Shown here: piece by piece, positions 20,401-28,700 of the stretch
Layout: each line of letters starts with the position of its first letter
Numbering within the stretch: position 1 is the stretch's first letter
Virus record (IMG/VR): IMGVR_UViG_3300029906_000002
Location: 12,507-76,506 of that record
Length of the DNA stretch: 64,000 bases
Strand: one strand, 5' to 3'
Source of the DNA: a virus
Notes under the pieces: generated by a model
The model's database searches: none
Seen by the model: only the letters and a program-made list of their open reading frames with translations
Told to the model about the DNA's origin: nothing
Position numbers and translations under genes: made by a program

Positions 20401-22742
20401 ATGCCGGTAATCGTAGGAAGAGCATTGGCTATTCCACCTTCGTTTGCAATACCACTTGTGAAATATCTGTTCATAAATGATTGCAATTCTTCCTTGGATG
20501 CAATCTTGCCAGTCACCATTGTGCGGTTCACATACGAGAATCCTGTGATGGTAAGTATGGCTGCTATATTATCACCAAGGCCGACATTTGATTTAAACTG
20601 CTTACGAAGGTCTACATTATTAACGAGGTCAGTTTGAGATATGATATGAAGCAATTCATCCAGTGTGCTTTTCTTTGTATCGTCTGCACTATCCATAGTC
20701 AGCAATTCAAGTGCAGCACCAGGATTACTGTCTGCAATATCTTCATATCTTGCGTCTTGTCTTTTACCTTTAACAAATGAAGCAAGAGTGCTTTTATTGC
20801 CAGTAGACTGGACTATATTGAAATCATCAAGATTACTTGTTATTCTATGCACCTTGTATTCTCCATCAAATAGGTAATCAAGGGGATTATCCGGTTTCTC
20901 TACTGGGGGAAAGAAGAAATTGCGATACTTGATCGTCATCTCCCCTTTATCCTTATTGCTGTCAACCATCCTTGTTGACACCTCTATGCTTGGCGGATAT
21001 TTATTAATATCTATGCCTGCATTCTGCATCATTGCTTTCATCTTCTCAATGACTTGAATATCGAGGCTGTCAATCATATCGTAGATTCTGGCAGAGATTC
21101 TTTTCTTGGTTTGTTCAAGAGCACGGGAATTAAGTAGTCTTACTTTCATTCCACTCTCCTTGTAATCCTCAGCTATATAGGTAAAGTCAATTCTATTCAC
21201 CGAACCCATATAGTGGCTTATCATCTCAAAATAATTAGGAACGTCATAGTTCTTTATATGGTCCGAATAAGCCTTATAGAGCATCATGCCGCCGGTATCG
21301 GTATTATTGTCAAATACCTCCCTGTAAATAGAGTAAATAGAGTTTCTAAATGATTCTTTCATACCATCATTCCCATACTGTCTTTCGCCTGCAATCTCAG
21401 ACGGAAACATGATATTGGAAATGGCTTCAAGAACGGTAGTTCCTCCTTTATCGGACACATATTCAGTATCCATTAAAAAATCGAAGAGTTTCTTATAAGC
21501 TCTTGCTCCGCCTCCATTAAGGTTTGCGATTAAATCACCAAGAGATTCGCCATAATAATTATCCCTATCGAATTTTCTTCTGAAATTTGCAAGATCAGTA
21601 TTAACAAGGCCCTTGAGCAATCCTATAGCTCCATTGAATCTACTCCAACCAAGTTTGGCACTATAAGGTTGCTTGGTCTTGAAGTCGTAGTAAGTAAACG
21701 TATTGATAATTGACCTGGTTATGTTTCCTGCTTGATGGATAGCACTGATTTCTTTGTCCTCGTCATGCCATGACTTAGAAAGATTGTTTAGCTTCTTCAT
21801 GTCGTATTCATGATAAGCTATCTCCATCGAGCTTGTGTTTTTGGATTCGTCGAAGATGTTTTCGTAAACACGATTAATCAAACCATCCATATTGTTCAAT
21901 ACAAACAGTTTGTTATACATCTTGAAGATTTCCTTATCTCTGTCGTTTGTAGATTGGGCAAGTTCGCTTATACGATTGCCGGGGTTATCAAAAGCAGCAT
22001 TGAAAAGATCTTCGATAATCTGTGTTTTCAGAGTATTCCCAGTAAGTAGGGCCATTTTGAAATTGTCATCCTTGGATCTTCTCAGTCTATCATAAGCATT
22101 TCTAAATGGACGATGTATATCAGCAATCGTTTCATCTCCAACTTTTGTGTTAAAAGAATATCCATTCTTATCACTTACTATGAAACGAATAATCTCATTA
22201 GCAAGTTGAAGTTTTAATTGATAAATATTTGCTGGTATATCGCTAATTAGAATGGTGTTTCCTTTATTTACAAACAATGTAGGAACCATGATTGAATCAA
22301 ACAAGTCAAGCATTGCTGAATAGGCATACGGTTGATCTCCGTATATCTCCATTATCTTATTGTTTAATTTATCATCAGGATCTCCATTATCAAATATTCT
22401 ATCGTCGTCAAATTCTAATTTTAATTCTGTATTTGACGATTCAACATCTTCTCTATTGTTTGGAAATAACGCAATATAAAGTCCATTTGTGTTTATTCCA
22501 GTAAGTCCAAGTTTGTTGAATGTATCTAATGCAGCTTCTACAAATTGCTTTCTCATTTCCGCATTATCCAATCCATCTGGATATTGTGTGCTTAAAACAT
22601 TTCTTAATGTCACACCTATCAAATGGGATAATGGATCTGGGTTTTTAAGACCATCTTTTATTGCTGATTTCATATACTTTTTATATGAAACAGATATCGC
22701 TGCATTAATGCGATTTTTGTCAATACATGCTATTGGTTCCAT
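11424..22742 (-). CDS. virion-encapsidated DNA-dependent RNA polymerase (crAss type)
   Basis: 3772 aa; SARIPSQ...LQGSDFDGDK (DFDGD at 15375-15389)...ATDNAK; GIQLDPTH; position among giant cargo genes. Confidence 0.9.
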   Translation of the reverse strand: MEPIACIDKNRINAAISVSYKKYMKSAIKDGLKNPDPLSHLIGVTLRNVLSTQYPDGLDNAEMRKQFVEAALDTFNKLGLTGINTNGLYIALFPNNREDVESSNTELKLEFDDDRIFDNGDPDDKLNNKIMEIYGDQPYAYSAMLDLFDSIMVPTLFVNKGNTILISDIPANIYQLKLQLANEIIRFIVSDKNGYSFNTKVGDETIADIHRPFRNAYDRLRRSKDDNFKMALLTGNTLKTQIIEDLFNAAFDNPGNRISELAQSTNDRDKEIFKMYNKLFVLNNMDGLINRVYENIFDESKNTSSMEIAYHEYDMKKLNNLSKSWHDEDKEISAIHQAGNITRSIINTFTYYDFKTKQPYSAKLGWSRFNGAIGLLKGLVNTDLANFRRKFDRDNYYGESLGDLIANLNGGGARAYKKLFDFLMDTEYVSDKGGTTVLEAISNIMFPSEIAGERQYGNDGMKESFRNSIYSIYREVFDNNTDTGGMMLYKAYSDHIKNYDVPNYFEMISHYMGSVNRIDFTYIAEDYKESGMKVRLLNSRALEQTKKRISARIYDMIDSLDIQVIEKMKAMMQNAGIDINKYPPSIEVSTRMVDSNKDKGEMTIKYRNFFFPPVEKPDNPLDYLFDGEYKVHRITSNLDDFNIVQSTGNKSTLASFVKGKRQDARYEDIADSNPGAALELLTMDSADDTKKSTLDELLHIISQTDLVNNVDLRKQFKSNVGLGDNIAAILTITGFSYVNRTMVTGKIASKEELQSFMNRYFTSGIANEGGIANALPTITGISINPISSGLNGWEDALTNSIGIYENSTLRDTVKYGGKQFSVSQFQRLLTDTGRQYRRIRKEEDAAASGSLVHYGFREISNELGSLRSIINKDDNYWKYFDNKEVFGPTVVERLADIGEGKPRIEFNVNECLFSDFAIGFLDGYYMDKSSNPYTNFTFTVDSDKSTIHKPGVNTEFIAMLKKLSEYAPTDEAGIASLADFDKRMGISTQEMESIPYSLRGNYRVAKLLSKSLYNTYNKLVENVRTDIGRLNNLIGRVDDNFLNNRTFSHKDKAVLSLLKEALDANPKSTIVQIRDNYKGFNSLISNLSTRLSAMGYGDITPYEAMMILVKAYNTTRATGEKEMKLVDQTHLVSDKKGNISFKRMFIDQLYRYNPNAYKKNSSGEFVISRSTKQPVRLTASEVAKQHGFDPKAFDTHGVDENSNPIPGLTIDEYCTSFRDFFMQKNEELMFYAMQNNTQIFMNDSWKKPLTQGLGKFIADPKNKIWVKGNSMVLFKVVDQKGNVYDITNAADIRRLGLTRNGLNDYEVFKAFMNNMQMVHVNPALLDFNYMDFFLGENYKINTVGGMFNHPIKSNGTLTGLEEEALGIIAQNKRNVSYTASVDQVLTNTLTGMGSTMNVCCVEDITDDVSSMSGNSNTIKPHDGICHISPVMAYWMLNSTGDSKVGMDMKPFLHSYDARTASGIIIKSSFNSLTNDGVRKGQNVENMVYKTMAAEWKDEQGRPITGNIFQDYNINRFSSDGRQMLNLFDYLSRKYNPMFETSEGMFEIVGIDAVMNPDTGRYQYFRRIARIDGAGNYNPDEVVEEGVAFDVNSNYDLWVLFGKENSREYDKKLNKIVPSENSIRMIVDLGNNVGLDRNGNKFTNSNTPYSQNECYQFMKHGNADLIVSNGAIKQGYANVNRVYDVISNKDGLPSTFAINTDYFGIQLDPTHTADNSRVSELSQVLSSLSSMGFSSDDADAIYKALGVVAKSSLQSMVKGIGYTSTANMEFKDYRKLIANIIVKAMSEAKALSDIERAKCAGLIKRVEDGEYIEYEDLAEKLTLNDANFVSKVLPNIASYVNKISIRKQFPGSLSLLKAGYRIVNLYDGLSWEDLGFTPEEKISKAMSIQERYDRYRFKDVSECRMGFRYKLTMPVGSIDNETAKKLGRFEHFNDGVDETYYIELKDYSTYSKLKHVMNALATRYKDEPDVDYGLSEYIVRPADALETRIGGGIDFDGVRYIIEGRELAPMDIHFNIMEDGVVMHYNMYDTDAVRLLFKLKDKIDEFDSNDIEIINNIMIPTLRSSGKYYINEYTDRELLLRMFYQHEMNELDKVYKGGEGYIYINGVRKKVSSSGMRIYNYEAVTPNINASKFGLDQYTKLDDVTQESFALKMLDKWDLRVDANLYSYALMFDNGQHVYLHDANISGVMTEEDYQREGFELMTMGSKLAKDFEKASKNHYIYKRNGNDVFRISNQDKVYVDKRGNMIIDIVVKNGPGNINKKHLEKSDGYSDILSTARQMEFVVSPAVFDKDNGQEEVTNYLQMIVNANAFVYDNDNKLIGGNKSMQFLKRGYFDMLNDAIINAWDIAQIAEGVTREKVNNALNEKKREAIHILTTVGAEGLKNAKNSAFLQKVYWQSLGKYNSFLQTLKTVSARIPSQTMQSFMGMNTVLFDNTGFNSCFVNDMQLWLQGSDFDGDKVTFQEYAVDYNGHIIGWSPYFNDIQLDASLKLPFPTNVQANMAEPVNNVTQVMNAEQGLLFSAVFELNEEKTQYVMKSNDTNAIRALIESFNSQIDNNGGILYYKEPGSAVRGANAYSKVLEFINAHNMYFDDTSEKKNEGLKNFITYKEYEIISNPVNMYEAQSSIDDFDMVKNEGANDKAGNMRNKQNVANVFTKLMAFRDNAIGKQVVSATAASIKNFYGLTQYFNTIGYNLSDSKVAELSEEANINEAIKTLAKPILGKDHNGVVVGNKTYYTFVNFNPNKKYRAILNAHVNRIVNKIQESLNAVPHTPEEREKIFSQIMFGMNEARLTAKNNGIQLSDAEFKVIDIYSYINRSDAQMDAALILSALLTEATDNAKNLTLAKINAIPELISIYVFGISTGMDFAKIASYARSNTAHIFNELKQGNVFYGSVNNNFSFAKLKSTIVDPWHYVGDGRKIINDGDFHKMTDYAKDIFGYNDAAAAKGYRNLIPGNREFMKIPGHNPASMRDVWTYYISNGLRIPEFWQNAGITDEMIIDKLRYFSYDLFGLLPADENGHRKPVDEKSDYYKDYQSMNAWIDRVEEIINIRKDINSEYETYFDKDNNEKRMTYLDMLIDMESGASEMMSSSKYMSKNKGVAGTLDKQESWLHAISNIISPSVIYNDNTSDFVKSFFADYSTGNPYDDEIKYGSTLIRKNGRKFNLHRFLTDPEYAEKAIQVYAETKMYAFNVLDVANSLPHINSYTWVQDLMVNMVENMSSTNKAASMITKAISDVSGKLSQKEVKQLTNNVMRYIDLMVFDLFLRTYYGKNQPFTFWVPENFEIFKAGTINGTFLRERTTKPLEISLGTTEGKMTFLKWMNEIVVPSYRQGRYDETQPKNRVLFMNDFIKGIVGTRVDKTLTGGIVPTSRVTDNRMSNDDFDIRNVQKFQIWANTLHNSKYINKTDGSKPSREFDMATLLFIADQLVFNGTNAEASLNYYFNSNNNPMKRQYYEFIDRYFCDDNGNFIPEKVTALLPNNDVELSSVAKSLAPTGSTYSSDAKYIRAFNKKTGLVETYEKKPEKDISVSTGKTEKGSFDEENGFADDFFNDIIQSAIEEDVADWEGEYDYDERRSYGGKGFNDSRYDKAASHQAYDIFIDGTIKTDNANLSKKQIEKMNKEEKTMEVNPINNIKNAQQATPVAAQNMGYGEFVSAAFTEGATSYATLKGLFDGNIQLGEEIYSTETGDSNVRKIQEDKMTYGRIIKGKNSNAYGAVVMSNRNPIAVVSYLGNDGNPITKTIKPTGGNKMRSVLTSLFRRKPDEMVNFVDQQSKEC

Positions 22743-22756
22743 AGTTTACTATTTTT

Positions 22757-25700
22757 TTAACGAGAACATTGATTAGATTTGTTTCCTAACACAATATCTA
22801 TAAGCTCGCTTATTGATTTAGCCTCATCTGACGCAAGCTCATTATTAGTTGAATCGCCATATACGGTATATACTATATTATAATCATCAGCTACACTATC
22901 AGAGCCATCATCATTTACGGAATCTTTTATATGTTCGATTAATGTTGTTAAATTTTCCTTAGATGGATTTTTAATAGCATTGCCTAATATTTTTGCGAAA
23001 TTTCCAACATCGGTAGTAACTCCAAACATTCTATCTAATTCATTTGCATCATCTGCATTATCAACAAAGCGTTTAAAATTTTCTTTGTTTTTATCAGACA
23101 TTAGTACATCTGTTACAGATTTAAGGTCTTCTGATAGTAATTCAGATGATTTTTCTATATCTTGATAATGCGTATTTATACTTCCATCGTCCATAAAAGT
23201 AATAGTGTATTTCTTGTCTTTAGAATACAATTCTACAACACCTTTTTTATCATAAGCATCATTTAATTTAGATTTGATGTCATCAGATGATTCATCTGTA
23301 TTTTCATTTGTAGATGCAATTTTATCCGGTATATAATACAGGTTTACTTTATTATCACCACCTTTTTGCGCAATAATTACATAATCACCTTTATCCGGAT
23401 CATTGACAATGTCAATATGAAGATTTTCATCTCCATCAAATTTAAAATTGTCAATAATATCTTGCGGAACAGCAACCGCATTGTCAGCAGCATTGAATGC
23501 TGTTATCTCAAGTTTTGATCCACCGGTATCAGTTCCTCCTGTTCCAGAATCAGTATCAACACCCCCATCTGAATCATCTTCGACTATGCCATCTGTATTC
23601 CTATATAATCCCCATTCAAATGGAGACCTGTTTCTCTTTATATAGTATTCCCTTTTACTATATTCTTTTGTAAGTCTACCAAAATCCATTTTATATATCT
23701 GGTCTAATATGTCATAATACTGAATAGCAAGTATTGGGGATTCTATTTTACCGAATACAGTAAATGAATAAGATTCACCCTCTATTTCTATAGAGAAACG
23801 GTTTCTGCTTGATGTAGTAACAGTGCTATAATTAACACCGTTTACATTGCTCCATGATTTGCCGCTTTTTGCCGCATTCAAAAATATATAACCGATTCCT
23901 TTGTTTTTCAGAGTATTAATTAATTTGCTATCAATAGGGCTATCGAATTCAATTCTACCATATATGTCCATATTGTATGCGAGTTTCAGTAACGCCATAT
24001 TGATATAGGAACTATTATTGAATACAAATTCATAAAAGTCTTTTCCACTTAGTTTGCTGCCTTCTTCAATAAGCCATTTTGCAAATTCATGTATCTTAGA
24101 AATATTATCGCTACTCCCCATTTCTTCAGGAGTAATCATTTGTTGATTGTCTCTAAGATTACTTGGATTTGAAAATGCTCCTTTATCATCTGTATACAAT
24201 CTCTCTAATAACCTATATGCGGTATATATATTACCAATCAATTTATCTCTTTCAGAAAGTTTTCCACTATCGCTTGTAATGATGTTTTTTAGTTTTCCAA
24301 AAAATTGGTCAATCGGTATTCTCGGATTATTGACATAATACAATCTCAATCCTTTATCAACGCCGGTTGTAAACTGGTTCAAATATTCCATCAAAGCATT
24401 TCCGGAGTTACTTAAATTTGTTCCATATCCCGTTATTATAAACGGAATACCAGCTTTTATAGTGGTTCCTCCAACATTTTTATCTTTTTGCAATATCATG
24501 ATATCGCTCATGTCCAGAATACCTTCACTATCCATTTCGTCAAGATTGACAGGTTTTCTGATATACTGATATTCCCTATTGGCTTCATAAAAACCTCCGG
24601 CATCCCTATATCGCATGGCAGGACCGGAAACCTTGGCTGTTTCTAAAGCGTGCTCTACAGCAATCTTGTTGAGCTTCAAAGAATTGCCACCATACAAATC
24701 ATAAACCCTGTAAAGACGAAGCAGTAATTCTATCTTTTTAGGAACATCTTTATATTCTTTCCCATCTATGAATTTGTTGTAAGGATCATACAACAGCATA
24801 AGCCCTCTTCCTGTATCATCATGCAGCTTCACGCTTTTTGATACGGAAGCATCTTCTCCGTCATTAAGATATAGGATAAACTCTGCTATGGTTTTAGTAT
24901 CCGCATCTGACGGTATGCCCCCATCAACAATTTTACTTGCCCAATCTATAACATTCTCAAATCCGTTCTGTTTAATCTTTGAGAACGGGTTTTCAAAGTT
25001 AAATAGCGGTATGCTAAGAACAATGTATCCGTCATACGAGAATACGGCGGAAAGTCTTGCTCTTGGCATTTTTGCAGTAAGTTCATTTCCGGCATCATCT
25101 TGAACCGTATTCATTTTGGAATCGAATACTTTTTCAAGATTAGCGTTATATTGGAACAAGACATCCGGTTTGCTTTCTACGGTATCAGTCTTTACGAAGT
25201 AGTAATCAAGTATGCCGCCAAATAAGTTATCGACCGTTTTATTTATGGCATCCTCGTCAACTGATTTATGTATGCTCTTCAAGAACATTTTCGTTCTTTC
25301 TTTGATAGCATCAATCTTATTGACGATACTCCTATGTTCCGAATCTTTTCCGGCAACCATAAGAACATGGGTATCCATGAGATACGCATGAGCGAGCTTG
25401 ATAAAGTTGTTAATATCGCTCTCGTTGTCAAACTTGATTACAAATGAATTTTGTTCAAAACCGGAATCTTCAAGCATACTGTCTTTCTCGCCAATCCCAG
25501 CTATTTTCTCATACAAACCGATTATTTTTCCTATGCCGTTTAATCCGGAGCTATCAAATCCATTCAGTATAATCCGTTTGTTTGGTCTGTCTATTTCAAC
25601 ACCTATGCCCATAGTATCAACGGTGTGCGTATAAACAATTCCTACGCCATAACCAGGGTCGGAGCCAAACAGCTTGGTAAGGTCTTGTTCATTGGCATCC

Positions 25701-28700
25701 TTAATATCTTCATCAGACTTATCCACTGCACCTTCTGTTTTGTCAACTTCAGTACCGGCAGGAGGAGCAGGTAATCCGCCATCTGTTCTCATAGGCATGG
25801 AACCGGCATCCGTCTTTGCTCCGTCGCTATCAAGCCGTACATCCAATTCTTTTGCGACACCGCTTCCTTCACTGGAATTATCCGGAATATCCTTATCTGT
25901 ATCATCCACGTCAACTTTCGGGTCGGTAGGAACGGATGAAGCAAGTGGGTTTCCACCAGGAACAGGTAAACTCTTCTTTGGTGTTGTCTTGGTTTGCAGC
26001 TTCAGTTGAGTAGCCTTCCAACCATTCTTGACCTTATCCTTGAAGATTTCGTCAAGCATGGTTGTGTACTTCTTATTGTAGGATTGTATGGCCGTACGGT
26101 CGTATTGGGTGATAGCAGTTTTTTCGTCCTCAACAAACTTGATATGGTCGTTATATTTCCCGCTATTCACAATGAGCGTGTATTGCTTTGAACGGGAAGT
26201 AACGGTATACAGGCCATCCATGAAGACATTCTTACCAGTATTACTCAGTGTATCATCAAGAACGGTTTCGTCTATATAGATGTAATACTTATGTTCAAGA
26301 CCCTGTGTTTGTATGGGGGAATCAAAGAAATCAAAGTAACTGTCTGCATCAGGCAAACTCTTCAAATAAGCAAGACTTCTGTCTGTTGCCTTTGAAGCTA
26401 CTACACCAATCTTCTCATAATTACCTGGATTGATTTCACGTTGCTTTCTAACATCATCCATCATGCGTTTGAGAGCAAGCGTGGAATCATCCAATTTCTC
26501 TGCAAGCTCCTCACCGTACACGCCATTGTTGTCATGCGAATAATGCAGTGTAAACTCTGGCGTCTTTCCAGTACTGGCTACATCCTCCTTGGCTACCTTG
26601 ATAGTAACCATGTTGGCATCCTTCTGCACGTTATTGGTTCGCATGGATGAACCAATCTTAGGAGCGTGCGGGAACTGGCTTTCGGAGATAGCATAGATGT
26701 AGTCGGGAGAAGAGTATTCAATACCATTCTGGTCCTTGACGTTAGGTACATTATCTGCCTGTTTCATCTGATCCTCGTCGCCAAACACAATGACAAGCGT
26801 TCCTGTCTCGGCGGCAAGCTGGTTTATGGCATCCATCTCTACCTGGTTGAGTAGCGTACCCTCGTCAATAAGCAGAATCTTTGGCATATCCTCGGTCTTG
26901 GTGCCAACCTTGCTATACAGGGTGAAGTCGCCACCGGATGCCGTATCTACGCCTACATTCTCTTCTTTCAGGAAATCGGCACGGGAAGAGATAGCAAAGT
27001 GCCGCTCAAGGAACTTCTCGAAGTCCATGATAGGCACATCATTCACATCGTCACCGATATGTGATTTGATGTTGTCAGAAAGGTTGCGTGCCACACCCTC
27101 CTTGCTGACTACCATGATACCATCTTTAACGGCAGTGCGTCCACCCTGTATAACATCAACATCTCCGTCATCCTTGGCAGTAAGGGCGCGTATGGCAGTA
27201 ACAGCTACGCCCATGGTCTTGCCTGAGCCTGGTATGCCACCAATCCAATACATGTTATCAAAGATGTTAAATGATTTGGAGTTGGCAGCAAAGAACAATA
27301 CCTTTTTCTTTAATGCGTTATATTCATCAGGTCTATTTGTCTTAAGATCGTCGTACTCATCGTATATCTTCCTTAATTCGGGAGAAGCAAGCCTCATCTC
27401 ACCAAGTTTGATAAATAATTCCTTGGCCCCTTCCTTACCCTTGTCAATAAGTGATTCAGCCTTTCGTAGGATGGATTCCTTGAACAAGGTAGACATGCGA
27501 GAATAAGTATCTCGGCCCGTCATATAGCTCACAAGACCTTTCAATGACATCACCTGCTGTGCGGTAGGCGCGATACCTGTAAGGCTCTTGTAGGCATTCA
27601 TAATAGCGTATGATACTGAGCTTGGGTCGGACGCAATCAATGAAGCGAGATACCAAAGTTTCGTGTTGGCATCAAAGGATTTCGTCTGGTCGTTAAGCGT
27701 GTCAATGGATGCCACAAACGGGTCGTACATGTCGATAACCTTGATAAGTAAGGCATCATCAACCGGTTTGCCGTCATTGCCTACCATGGCATCATGGAAA
27801 GCCTGCTCAATATCCATAATCTTACGTATAGTCTTCTTAAGGTCTTCATCCGTAGGCTTCATGCTGCGGTTGTTGTTGCGCAAGGAACGATACTTATCCA
27901 TCAACTCCTTGGTCTCCACTTCATCCAAAAGAGTTTGTATTTTGGATACCTTATCCTTGTCAATAGTGGACATCTTGTTTACGAAATCCGCAATGGCATC
28001 GTAAGAAAGCACAGCCTTGTTCATCTCGATCTTCGGATTCTCATTCAGCTTATTCTCGCTGTTGACAGAAGAAATCTTACGGTACACCTGAATCTTACGA
28101 ATAATTTCGTACAACTCCTTGGTCATAGGTTCGGCATCTTTACGCTTGAGCAGATTCATAGGTTTGAAACCTTCTGTATCCTTCATCAAGGCGTTGTAAG
28201 AGTTGACAAAGCCAAATGGATTGGTAGACGAAGATGTGTCTTCGGATGAGGCGTAGATGGCAGCAATGATATGATGTATCTCATTCTCAAGATTGTCAAG
28301 CTGTTCCATCTCGCTATCGGTAATCACAAACGATTGCGGAGACGTGGAAGCTGCTGCCAACTTATTCTCCATATTCTTGATAACATCCGTAGCTTTTGTC
28401 CTCTTATCGTCAATTTGGAAATTGTCAAGCAGTTCGTAGATGGGCGTGGTTTTCTTTGAGGATATCTTGCTTTCAATATCAACAAGCTCATTAAGTGTAT
28501 CGCTGTTATTGAACAACGGTATTGATTTTATCTTGTTTGCCGTGTCCTTAATGTTGGCAAGTCCTGTCTTAATTCCGTCAAGCGTATCATTGATTTTCTT
28601 TTTATCCTCATTACTTATTGAGGTAAGAACGGACACCAATTCTTTGATACGAGCAATAGAACTGTTCAGCCCTGTTATGGATGCATTAATGTTTGCTTTA

